Shown: piece by piece, positions 1 through 54,418 of the stretch
Numbering within the stretch: the first letter of the stretch is position 1
How the letters are laid out: every line of letters starts with the position of its first letter
DNA from: Octopus vulgaris
Lineage: Eukaryota
Length of the DNA stretch: 64,000 nucleotides
NCBI GenBank assembly: GCA_951406725.2
Contig: OX597840.1
Location: 36,394,001 to 36,458,000 of the forward strand
Reading direction: 5' to 3'
Notes under the pieces: model-generated
What the model was told of the DNA's origin: nothing
Database searches by the model: none
Seen by the model: only the letters and a program-made list of their open reading frames with translations
Made by a program: the position numbers and the translations under genes

Positions 1-1494
1 TGATAACAAATTGATCTTTACGAGAGCATGTAGTATAGCTGGGCCAATATATTGGGCAACCAATCAAGAAGGTTGAGTCTTGTTCACAACAGGTGGAGTT
101 CTATGACATAGTGGATAGGAAACCAGGAGAAATAGCAATGATTGTTAATGGATGTATCCATGTGTAGTTAAATGACAGGATAGGTTGAACACAGACAGCA
201 GTGATTGTTAATAGGTGCACCCCCAGATGTTGAGAAAACACCTAGAAAAATAGCAGAAATTGATAACAGATATTCTCTGGAGGTATGGGAATAACTACTA
301 TTGAGAGAGACTAATAGAAAAATCAACAGATTTTTTTTTTCACACATACAGTATATACACACACATTTATAAGCATACATGCATGCATATATATACGCAC
401 ACACACATACATACATGAAGCTAACCAGACAGCCTGTATGGATAAAAGTTGTATGTGGGAGTTATATACATAAAGAGATAATGGAATGTATATATTAACA
501 GCAGTTGTGAAATGATTGTATATTCTTATTCCTTCTTTCTCTCAACACACATCCATATATTCATGCATATATTCATCCATATATTCACAGACAGACATGA
601 AAAATACATACATATATATATATGCTCAAATTTTTGTACACATATATGCTTGTGTGTTTACGTGTGTGTGTATATATATATATCATACACACTGTCAAGG
701 CATAAGGAGACACAAAGTTGAATGTTTAAGTTTACTTGGCAACTGTAAAGTCCCGTGGTTGATGCTGTGGCATGTCCTCTACCGTAGACTTAACAGTCCT
801 TTTGAGTGTAGAAACTTATCTCATGGATTGTGCAAATATTTCAAAGGGTCACAGTTTCATTCTCATCTAGCCCGAAATCCTTATATACAGAACTTGCTTC
901 CACCGTTTCCACCTACCATTGGTTGGCCTGGGGATTATAGTGGAAGACGACACTTGCTTGAGGTGGCTCATAGTAGGACTGAACCTGGAACCATGTGGTT
1001 GCAAAGTGGGCATTTTAATCACGCAGCCATTTCTGGACCTGTGTGGGGGATGCTGTTTTTTCTTTAAACATTTTATGAAAAAACTTTGTGCAAAAATTCT
1101 AAATCCGTTCACCTAATTTTTTTTATTTCTCCCCACCAATATTCTTCATCGTGATCTTCCATCAGAGACAAAACTAACAACCAACAAGTGTCTTTTTTTT
1201 TTCTTTTATAATTTTCTGCCTCCACTCAGCTTTTTGCTTCCTTTTTTTTAGGTTTGCTGATTTCAGAATATCACAGAAATTGTTATTTTGTGTTTTTTCT
1301 TCTTCTGCTGGTTCATAACCAGGAGCATTTGTGTATTTATATGTTTTGTTTTATTCTCTCTTTGCACTTTGTCACGTTTTACCTTCTGTCACACACAGAC
1401 ACACACACTCTTTCTACTTCATTATTTAAAAAAAAAAAAAATCAAAATTAGGAAAAAAAAAATGTTGATTTTCTAGCAACTATTAATGATAATT

Positions 1495-1668
1495 GATGAT
1501 ATGAAGAGCGAGATGTGATTGTCATTTTGGTTGAACGACATTCCGACAACTTGGCTGTCTTTGTCAAGTTCAAAACATTTCATTTTGAATTCAACAAAGA
1601 CAGGCAAACTGTTGAAATATCCAACCAATGAAGTGTCTATTGCAACTGCATCATGCTCTTCGTATTGT
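1495..1668. repeat. Imperfect palindrome / MITE-like fold-back
   Basis: Left arm ...ttggttgaacgacattccgacaacttggctgtctttgtcaagttcaaaa is complementary to right arm ttttgaattcaacaaagacaggcaaactgttgaaatatccaaccaa. The outer segments atgaagagc / gctcttcgta also pair. Confidence 0.7.
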
Positions 1669-3304
1669 CTATTTACCTTTAAAAGATAATATTAATCGTT
1701 TTTACTATAGGTATGAGGCCTGAAATTTTCGGGTAGGGGACTAGTTGATTACATTGATCTTAGTCTTTTACTGGTACTTAATTTACCGATCCTGAAAGGA
1801 TGAAAGGCAAAGTCGACCTCAGCGGTATTTGAACTCAGACCGTGGAGACAGACGAAGTAGCCCTATACATTATAATAACCAAAGGTACAAGGTCAATTTT
1901 GGGGGTTGAGAAGTGAGATGTGTCAAAGACATTCACTGCTGCTGTTTATGATTGGTACATTAATATTTTACTGAGCTCTCAATCCCGTCTCAAAGAATGA
2001 AAGACAAAATATTTGGTGGGAAGGGTATTGTCTATGTAAGTGGCTTCCTCCAGCCACTGCCCCCACAATATTTTATTTATCGCCACAGGCAAAATGGTGA
2101 CAAGTAAAACTGACCTTGGCACCCCTGAAATAAGAACATAGCTTAATACATCACAATGCATTTTGTCTGATGCCTCACTTACTCTGTATTAAAATATTTC
2201 TAATATTTAATTATTAGAGGGTGTTGGGCCAGTCAATTGAACTGACACCAGTATTTTACTGGTACTTTATTTTATCATCCCTGAAAGGATGAAAAGCAAA
2301 GTTGGCTTGAAAGAGATTCGAACTCAGAACATAGAATGACACAACTCAATAACAGAAGGCATTTTTCTGGTGTTCTAATGAGTCCCTCAATCTAAAAACC
2401 TAATACTAATATTTCCTCACTTAAGCACAAGAGCAAAAATTTTGAGGAAAGGTGGTGGTGGGGGGGTTGTCAAAAGTATTAATCCTTGTACTTTAATTAC
2501 TTGGCCCTGGATGGACGAAAGGTAATGTTGACTTAATGCAATTTGAACTTGGAATGTATAGAGCCTGAACAAATTCCACAACAAAAATTTGCTCAACATT
2601 CTAAAGATTCTGGCAGTTCACTGCTATAATAATAATAACAGTATTATGTAACACAAAATATAGAGAAACAATAATAGTAACAATAATTAGTATTATCATA
2701 AACATTAATGATTTTTAGAAAACAAAAATTGTTTAGTTTGAACTTTAGGAAGATGACAATTAACACTGACATGGAGGTAAAAAAATATAAATCAGAACAG
2801 GTGTTATATAATCAGTGAGCTTATTTTCAAGATTCTCCTTTCGTTCCACACATCCTACACTTGTTCGCAGGTGTTATTGGTCCAAACATGACCATCCTCA
2901 CCACAAGTTTCTCAATTCTCTCCAAATCTCTCTTATGCATGCATTAAGCATAGTGAGTGATTGGTGCTAAGTATATACATATACACACACACACGCATAT
3001 ATATACACACACATATCTACGCATATGTACATATATATACACATACACATTTATGTACACACATACCCATATATATATATACATACACACATATATATAC
3101 ATACATGTATATATATATATACACATATATATACGCACGCACACACACATATGTATGTATACACAGACATGCAGGAATAGACACCTTCAATTTTCAAAAT
3201 TTCTAATCTAAGTATCTTAATGTTTTCAGCGATGTAAAATTTACAATGTAATTATTCTTTTTCATTCCAGGTGCCATTATATTAAACATTTGCGAAGAGC
3301 AACC

Positions 3305-3570
3305 ATGCCACGCACAAAAAATTCAGCAGAACTGTCAGATTTTCAAAGGGGCTCATATTGTTGAGCAATCTGAGGCTGTTCTCGGCCAGCGAAATATTGC
3401 TGAAAACTTTCAACTTCCTCTTATACTGCAATTCAAAAACCAAGGAAAAGAATGACCAGATTTTCGTATTGGCCTACCTGGGCGAACATGTGTTACATAT
3501 TTGTAGAAACATTGGTATTATGAATGAGCAGCCGGAAGAAAACGTCTCCTTCAACCAATAAATATCAAAT
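3305..3570 (+). mobile_element. Tc1-like transposase N-terminal remnant
   Basis: Frameshifted MPRTKNSAELSDFQRG.IVEQSEAVLGQRNIAENFQLPL...AARRKRLL, resembling the Tc1 paired-like HTH region. Confidence 0.65.
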
Positions 3571-3619
3571 AAAAAATTTTGAAAATTAATATTGTCTTTT
3601 TACTTCCTGCATGTTTGTG

Positions 3620-6375
<2,756 letters not shown>

Positions 6376-6519
6376 CATTCTTTTATGTTTCAGTCATGTG
6401 ACTGGAGCACCACCTTTAGCCAAGCAAATCGACCCCAGGACTTATTCTTTTTAAGCCTAGTACCCGTTCTATCAGTCTCCTCTGCCAAGTCACGGGGACA
6501 TATATATGCACATATAATA

Positions 6520-8210
6520 ATATTAGGGATTAAATTCAAACTTACAGGGAAAAATTAGATTTAAGTTTAAATCAAATTTCACAATATAAGTTTAAATTAG
6601 AGATAAAACCACTTCTAGGCAAATCAAACAGTGAAAAACATCTTCAGGTTAATGATAATAGTTAAATAAATAAGCAAATATATTTAAACAATATTTTTTT
6701 TTTAAATATATAAAATAATATGTTTTCTAATAAAAAAACTCTATTATCAAATTAGAAACTTTAACCATTAGGATTATGTTAAATATTAATTTTTAAGGTA
6801 AAAAAATAGATAGAAAAATGTATTTATCTATTAAGATATAATATGGCTTTTTAAAAAAACATAATAAACTCCTGAATATCCTAATCTCATTTAATTAGTT
6901 AACAAAATAAGCACTATTCATATTTTTTAATTTAAGTTCAAATCTAATAATTATAATGTTTAAGAATAATAACTAAATTATTATTAATAAATATAATAAT
7001 TAAGAACTAAAATTTACTCTATTAATAAATATATAGACATATAATGAAAATTAAATAAATTAATTATTCCATCATAACTTACGTAAATATTAAATGTTAA
7101 ATATTTATGAAATATATTAAAAGATGAAAAAGCAAATTATAAACGTATAACCTATCTTAAAAAACCATATAACTATTTAACGATCTATATGTCTCGGCTC
7201 AGTAATAATACAAATCTTCAACCACTAATTAGTTATACAATCAAATTAACAAACAGTTGTTATATAGTATCCAATATAATACAATATAACAAATTATTAA
7301 AGTAACTTAATAAAAAGGTTTACTTAGCTTTCAAAATTTGGAAAATTCTTTTATCAATGAAAAGTACTAATAAATATTATCAATAGAACAAAGTCACTTT
7401 TAGAGATATCTATGAATATATAATATGGCTNNNNNNNNNNNNNNNNNNNNNNNNNNNNNNNNNNNNNNNNNNNNNNNNNNNNNNNNNNNNNNNNNNNNNN
7501 NNNNNNNNNNNNNNNNNNNNNNNNNNNNNNTAAGAAAACATAATAAACTCACGAATATCATTAACTCAGTTATAGTCCTGAGTTAATTACCAAATAATTT
7601 AACTAAATAATCATTATTCAAATTTTAGATTTAAGTACACATCTAATAATTATAAAATATTTAAAAAATAATAACTAAATTATTATCAAAAATATAGTGA
7701 TTAAAATCTAAAATTTACACTATTAATAAATGTATAGACATATAAATAAATAAATTAGTTAGTCCAATACTAATTACATAAATATTAATATAATTATGAG
7801 ATACATTAAAAAAATTAAAGATTAAAATCAAATTATAAACCAGTAACCTGACTTAATAAAAAACTGTATAACTATTAACGATCTCTTTGTCTAATTAATA
7901 TCTTACAAATAAAGTAGAGTTATAATCTAATAATTATATACATATCTTCAACAACTAAATCATTAAGTAACAATCAATATTTATATAGTATACAAAATAA
8001 TACCATAAGACTTATTAAAATATTTAAAAATCTTAAATAGAAATAGATTTCTTACCTTTCCAAGACTGTGTTAACGTATTTTATATTTTGATAGTTTAAA
8101 AAAAACTATAAGTTAACAATTTATAAATATAAAAAATTTTAAATATAATATTTATTTTTATGTTTTTCACTGTTTGATTTGCCTAATAGTGGTTTTATCT
8201 CTAATTTAAT
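6520..8210. mobile_element. Very AT-rich degenerate element with inverted ends and two related internal copies; probably Penelope-like
   Basis: About 48-bp inverted repeats: aaattagagataaaaccacttctaggcaaatcaaacagtgaaaaaca (~6593-6640) and its complement (~8161-8208). Related direct copies at ~6855-7330 and ~7535-8060. The family call is inference. Confidence 0.5.
7431..7530. other. Assembly gap (100 N)
   Basis: Run of n. Confidence 1.
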
Positions 8211-9255
8211 TTATATATATGTATGTATATATACATATATATATATATGTGTGTGTGTATTTGTATATTGTACTAAAGTTTTGTCTCTCCTCAAAATTTG
8301 ACCCTTGGCTGACTGCAAATGGAAACCGGCCAAAGCGAGATGGAACTCCACATGAAATACATTTTATAATGCTTACATTATGATATAATCATAAGTGTCT
8401 GCATATGAGTGTTTGTGTGTATATATTTATCTATCTATACCTCTGCCCATGTGCAAGTGTGTATATAGCATGTATAAATACAAATGCATGTATCTACATG
8501 AATATACACCCATGCACATGTAATAACTTTTTGTGTTTTTATATATATATATATCTATATGAACTTATGTAGTATATGTATGTATACATATAATTTATAT
8601 ATATGCATACATATTGCTATGCATGTACATATGCCTATACATGAGTATCAGCTTTTGTATACACATGCACATGTATACATGTATTCTGCATTTGTATTTG
8701 CAAATGAACATATGTATATAATTATATATACATGTGTGCACAAAGACATAAATGTGTATATAATCACACACCCGCAAACGTGTGCATGCACAGATACACA
8801 TAGATATGTATATCGATACACACACATTATACATATATCTATCTGTAACTATGTATGTATATAAAAGTTAGCAATGCACTTGTACTTATATATACATGCA
8901 TATGATATGCACAAGTATATATGATTATATGTATAAATAATAGAAGGCATATATATAAATATATATTACTGTATGCTTGTGTGTGTTTATATATATACTT
9001 ATACATGCATATATATATACACACACACACACATATACATACATATATTTATATGTGTGCATGTGTATATATTTACAAACGCACACACATATATGCTTAT
9101 ATATACATATTTACATATGTATAGAAGCATGTATATATATATATATTTGATATGTTACTACCTTATTTTGGTCCAGTAATTTTTATGGCTATCATTACTG
9201 TCTTCTTTCTTAATTAGACATTTTCTTTTTTCATTATTTTCTTCTGTTTTGTTTC

Positions 9256-9261
9256 TTTATT
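9256..9261 (-). promoter_or_regulatory. Possible polyadenylation signal AATAAA
   Basis: tttatt on the + strand about 33 nt past the GALNT stop. The hexamer is common in AT-rich DNA. Confidence 0.25.
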
Positions 9262-9293
9262 TCGTCAATTTTGCTTCCATTATTTTGAAGTTG

Positions 9294-48163
<38,870 letters not shown>

Positions 48164-48293
48164 CTAGAATTGGACAAAATTAAGGTGGATGATGACAGAT
48201 ATAATGAAAGGTGTATATATAGAGAGGGTGATGATATATAAAATGATACATATGTGTGTGTATATATATATAGTAGATGATGACTGACAAAAT

Positions 48294-48328
<35 letters not shown>

Positions 48329-48329
48329 C

Positions 48330-49806
48330 CAAAACCATGCTAATAGCTTGGTTTTTTGTGAGTCAATTTTGATAAACCTTTTCTCAGCTGGTTTGCACAC
48401 TATGGCAACACCTTTGTTATGTTTTCATTATTTTGTGTAACGTCCTTTCTGTTTTATTTCAGATTCTTCAGTTTTTGGGTGAACCACGCTATTAGCCCAT
48501 CTAGACATTTTTTTTTTTCATAAAATGAAGAGTAATGATAACATATTTAAGCATACATTGAGTACATATTTAGCAGAAAACCATAATAATGTTATAACAT
48601 TTATTGACATAATGAATTATTTGGACACATGACCGCCAAGGAAGAAACAATCCAATTGTGGGACCTCCAAGACTGTTACAGCTAGGGATTTAAGGAATAT
48701 TGGCCTCAAGTTATGTGGGAAACCTGGACAAACAAGCAAAGCCATTTTCACCACTTCCGGACTTCCTCATGTACAGAAAACCAGCAGAAACTGCATCCTT
48801 GGGAGAATCCCAGAAACTGACCCCTCAGAGGAGTTTGAGGCTTCAATGGGCCCAAAAGTACATGACATTAGACATGAGTTGTGTTTTGTTCACTGACGAA
48901 ACCAGGGCAACCCTTGGTGAACCTGGTAGTTTCGCAAATGGTTGGGTCTATTATGGAGATGAGCGCCAACAACGTTTGTGACATCAAACATAGGATGGAG
49001 GGGTCATGTTGTGAGCTGGTATCATTGGAGACAGACCTGTTGGCCCAGTCACCATGCCTGAAGAGATTAAAATGCCTGCAGCTGTCTACTGCAGTCTCCT
49101 GAACGAGGTCTTGGATCCCTGGCTAGATGACGTACCACTGCCACTTCTAAGGAGTCTTGTATTCATGCATGACAATGCTCCCTCCCACTCTGCTAGGACC
49201 ACCCAAACATTCCTAGGGTTTTACGGCATACAAGGTGAAAGGTCGATGGTGTGGCTGCCAGCATCTTTGGATCTCAACCCTACTGAAAGTCTTTGGTCTA
49301 TCATTACACAAGATATTTATGCTGATGGAAGCCAATTTATGCTGAAAGATGTCTTATGGGCAACCATCAAGGCTGCAGGAGAAGCAATCCAATCTGCTTC
49401 TATTAAGAAATTGACAGATTCCAAGACAAATAGGGTTTTAAAAGTTATCCATCCAAATGGCACTCATGTGGCTAAATAATTCATTATGTCAATAAATGTT
49501 ATATTATTATTATGGTTTTCTGTTAAACATATACTCAATGTATGCTTAATACGTATCGTTACTCTTTATTTTCTGAAAAAAAAAAAATGTCTAGATGGGC
49601 TATTTTCATTCAAAAGCTATTAGTGTGGTTCACCCAAAAACTGAAGAATCTGAAATAAAAGAAGAAAGGACGTTACACAGAATAATGAAAACGTAACAAA
49701 GGTGTTGCCATAGTGTGCAAACCAGCTGAGAAAAGTTTTATCAAAATCAATTCACAGAAAACCAAGAAATCTTAAATTTCACTCCTAAGCTATTAGCATG
49801 GTTCTG
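48330..49806 (+). mobile_element. Tc1-like transposon with long (~290-330 bp) TIRs and a degenerate DD37E transposase
   Basis: VLFTDETR (D1), FMHDNAPSH (D2), LDLNPTE (E); 37 residues counted between D2 and E. TIRs at ~48332-48621 and ~49474-49806. Confidence 0.9.
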
Positions 49807-49822
49807 TGTGTATGTGTGTATG

Positions 49823-49853
<31 letters not shown>

Positions 49854-50686
49854 TGGATGATGAAGATGATACATAAATATACAGTGCATTACAGAAAAAT
49901 TGAATATGATGCAAAAATTGGATATTTGATATTTGCTTAAGCCAAAATTTCAAAATTTGAATTGTATTAGGTTCACAGATTCTACACTCACCTATTGTCA
50001 GTATTTTGTTGATATAAGCTAACTGCTATGATTACATATAAAACCTTGTTAAAAGTTTAATACCCAAAATATTAGAATGTAATATCAAAGTGAGTTCATT
50101 TGACGTCGATGACTGCCAGCATATATTGTGATATTGAGGACACTGACCAGTGATAAAGGTCAGCCCTGGGTCTCGATAGCAGTATTCAGTGCTGCATGAC
50201 TATTGGACAACAAACGAACTCATTCTAAACTCTTTTCCATGGATTCTCTTTGGGCTCGACGTAAAAACTGCTCTCAGAAATTTCTAAGCTACAATCACAC
50301 TTGAATAGTGTCACACAAGGGTTTCTCTAGAGAACAACCTATTCAGATAGTCAATGAAGCCACAGGAGTTCAAAAAAGTACTGACATTCAATAACTATGA
50401 GATAAATCGAATTCTATGAAATCTTGAAATTTTAAGGCTCAACCCATGGAAACTACAGTTCATATCAACAAATTAGCTGCTCATATCAGCAAATTACAGA
50501 CAGTAGATCAGTAACGATTCATAAAAAATTATTACAATTGAAATTTTGGTATTCAAAGTTACCTAACAGTAAAAGTGCAATTTTTGCACAATATTCTAAT
50601 TTACTGATGTACATTGCATGCATATATATATTTGTATGAGTAAGTGTGTGTGTGTGACTGTATATGTGCATATATATGTATGTGCA

Positions 50687-50733
<47 letters not shown>

Positions 50734-50756
50734 GTGGTATGTATATATTTATCAAT

Positions 50757-50815
<59 letters not shown>

Positions 50816-50819
<4 letters not shown>

Positions 50820-51000
50820 AAATAATATGTTACATTTACTCAATAGTCAAGATAAAACTTTGAGTTTCAGATGGCGAAGTGGAAATCCACAACACCATCT
50901 CTTCTGATAACCGAAGAGATGGAGTTGTGGATTTCCACTTCGGCATCTGAAACTCAGAGTTTTATCTTGACTATTGAGTAATTGTACATATTATTTTATA
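50816..51000. repeat. Palindrome (about 88-bp arms, 8-nt loop) containing a hammerhead-like motif
   Basis: 50816-50904 is the reverse complement of 50913-51000 with a few mismatches. Confidence 0.92.
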
Positions 51001-51149
51001 GATAAATTTCCTCTATTTACATAATATTGAGGTCTCTTTCTTTCTTTTGTTATCTTACCGTTTTTACCAATATATATATATATATACCTTATACACACAC
51101 AGATGTACTCATACACACACATGTACACAGATGAATTTGTATGAGTGTG

Positions 51150-51430
51150 AGAATAATCTTAGGATAGTTAACTTTCTTGAAGTCATGTTGGAGCTTAACT
51201 CGGTTATTCTACTCATGCCACGAAATGGATAATAATGTCAATTACATAAACTGCTACTCCAATTACTCCTAAAAAGATTGTTAATTCTATCATTAAAGGT
51301 GTCCCCAGTAGAATTTCATATCTATCAGCAAATGAAAATATTTTTAGGCAGCTTTCTGTTTCTATAATGAGGCTCTCAATAGGGCTGCATACAAGGAAAA
51401 TAATTACTTTTATACCTAGATATGGTGGGC
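51150..51430 (+). mobile_element. Penelope-like RT/thumb fragment
   Basis: ENNLRIVNFLEVMLELNS...NVNYINCYSN..PKKIVNSIIKGVPSRISYLSANENIF...YNEALNRA. Confidence 0.7.
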
Positions 51431-52089
51431 CCTTAATAATGGGATAAGCAATAATAGTACAAGTAGTTCTAAATAGAATTCTATGAGCAACATCATCAAA
51501 GAACAAGACTAAAAATAGTCAAAATAACATCTATAATAATAATAATAAAAATAAAAATGATATAATTAATAAAACTAAAAATAATAATAAAAATAATATT
51601 AATAATAATAATAAATAAAAATAATATAATTAATAAAACTAAAAATAATAAAAACATGAACAAAAATGTAGAGGCCATATCTGGATCCTCAACACAACAT
51701 ACTATCCCCAAAAAACTAACCCTCCTAAGAACAACCCACTTTCTTTGCAAGACATTATTAATACAACAAAACAAGCCACAAACACAAGATACACTGCATA
51801 TAGCAAATATCCAATGAAATAAACAACCACCAGCAGGTTGTATTCACAATAGAACATAGATTGCATTGCACACACAATACAAACACTAATACATTAAAAG
51901 ACTGCAACAAGACCCCATAAAAAAAACAAACGGATGTAATACAATAATAGGATGAGTTTGCACTCCCCCAACAACAAGAAGGAACACAGAATAACTGTGC
52001 ACACCCCAGCAAAAAGAAGGTGGAGCAGGTGATACAGTAGAAATTTGATTAAAACTACCAAATGTTGAAAAATAATAATAACAGAAAGA

Positions 52090-52650
52090 AGAACTGACAA
52101 GTGCAAATGAACTGCTGAGTAATGTGAAAACATAGAGGGACATTTTGCAAGGAGACTTGCTCTCTCTGTACGTTAATCCCTCTGACGAGTTTACTCAGAA
52201 AAATGCAGGCCTGTCTATTAGTTTATGAAAAACCAAGATGAAAATAAATCACCTACTTTATATGGATGACCTTAAGATATATGCAAAAAAGGAGACAGAC
52301 CTGGATTCTTTGCTCCAAATCTTGAGAGGATTCAGTGAAGACATAACAATACAGTTTAGGGCAGATGAGTGTGCAGAACTAATTATGAAGAGAGTCGGTA
52401 AGACAAACGATGAAGGCATAAAATTACCATAAAACAACATCATTAATTTGCTGTGGAGTAATGAGATTATACAAATGCCTGGGGGTGCTTTAAAACGATA
52501 GGAAAGAGGAATGAGAGAGAAAATCTCTAAAGAGTACAAGAAAAAGAATTTTGAAGCTACTTGAAATAAAATTAAATGGAGGGAATATCATTAATGCAAT
52601 AAATTGATAGGCTATGCCAGTGCTGAGATACTCTGATCCCTTTCGGAAAT
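52090..52650 (+). mobile_element. REL-type LINE RT fragment
   Basis: ILQGDLLS, INHLLYMDDLKIYAKKE and KLNGGNIINAIN. Confidence 0.8.
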
Positions 52651-54051
52651 GGCCAAAGGTCAAGCTACTGAACTCAGAAGAATTAGAAAGCTGCACACAG
52701 TGCAAATGCATCCTGAAAGTAAGAGAGACAGGACTCTTCCTACCAAGAAAATCCTTCAATTTACTTCCAGCATTGGGATATCTTTATAGTAACTGCATCA
52801 TGCTCCCTATTTGCAGGCCTTATAATTCTCTATAATTTGTTATAATCCTAAAAACTCTCTGAACATTAATTAGTGTATAGGACCCCTAAAGCTCTTTTAA
52901 TATCTTTTTAATCCTATTTTAAATTGCTTTGTAATGTTTTTCACTCCCGACTGGACTTCCAGGATTTTGCTTTATTCTAAACAATTTTGTGGCAATTTTG
53001 GCCGATATAAAAGTTTATCAGCTCAGCTTCTCATTCTCAATTAAGCTCTGGCCTTTCAACTGATAGATTCTTTACAACTAATTAACTGATATCTACATAT
53101 TTAGTTGTTCAACCTACATCAATTCATAAATTTATATCTTTTAAGTTGACACAGTTTATTGCACATACAAACTTTCATTATATTAAGCTGCACATTTATT
53201 TCATTGCTTATCTCGATACCATCTTCCTGTCAGTGCATTGAACACTTTCTCTCTTTCCTTTTTTTATCGTATCTTGTTTCTATTACTTCTTATCCTCTTC
53301 CTCCTTAACCTTCTCCACTGTTCCACTCATTCACAGAACACTGAGCTAATCTGCAGTTTAACCCTAAATTATTCTCCCTGTATTATGATAAGCTGGATTT
53401 CCATTCAATGAGGTTAATAATCTACTAGGTCAGTAATGTTCTCTCAGAATTCCTGCCTTTGAACATGGTTTCAAAGGGTCAAATGTCATGCTTGGAAAGT
53501 TCTATGAGCTCTATTCAAGCAAGTTCTGCCACAATTGGCATTTATTGATAAGGCTGATAGGCTTTATGTCTCTTTTAGAATATTAATGCTTTAAACTGTC
53601 CTTATATTTACTACCTTATTGCAAATATCCATTTTAAATTTCTAGAGTGTTGGTAATTCAGATTAGGATTTACTTGTTGACAATCAGTCGATTAATCAAC
53701 AAGTCAATGCTCATTTATTTCACAGCCTGATGAGTTGGGAGGAGTTCTGCAACGTATTATGCACACTAGTTGTATTATACTTTTGCCTCAATGAAAACTT
53801 CGAATGAAACGATTGTAACAAGACCAGATAATGTATTTGTTTTTATCATATACATACATATATCTAAAGACATATACATACACATGTATACACACACACT
53901 CATGTACACACATATATACACACACACTCATGTACACACATATATACATATATATACACACACACTAGAGTGTGACAAAATCAAAAACAAACAATATGCA
54001 TGTGCAAAATTCAAAATATGAAATGGCGACATTTTGCCCATCACACACACA

Positions 54052-54127
<76 letters not shown>

Positions 54128-54377
54128 CTATATACATTTGAAAAATAATTGCATATATGTGTATGCCTGTATATATATCTTATCATCATCGTATTAATAT
54201 ATATCATTCTCATTTTCCCTATCCTCCCCACCCCGCTATTTGCCTCTGATGACAAAATATCCCATACTCGAGGATATTCCAGAAACAGTTGTAAGATTTT
54301 GAATTTCTTCCTATAATAATATTGCATATAATTTGAGATGTTTGCCTTACCTTAATGTTTACTGTCCTGTGTTTAAC

Positions 54378-54418
<41 letters not shown>

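Noticed and set aside
2871-2952. Possible + strand exon (cgcag|G TGT TAT TGG ... ATA|gtgagt)
   Set aside because: Splice-like ends and an open frame, but no recognisable homology or partner exons.
49992-50030. AG|GTGAGT donor upstream of exon A, considered as the missing DxH exon
   Set aside because: The preceding frame (LAYINKILTI) has no FLDSHCE motif and hits TAG. The DxH exon must lie outside the window.
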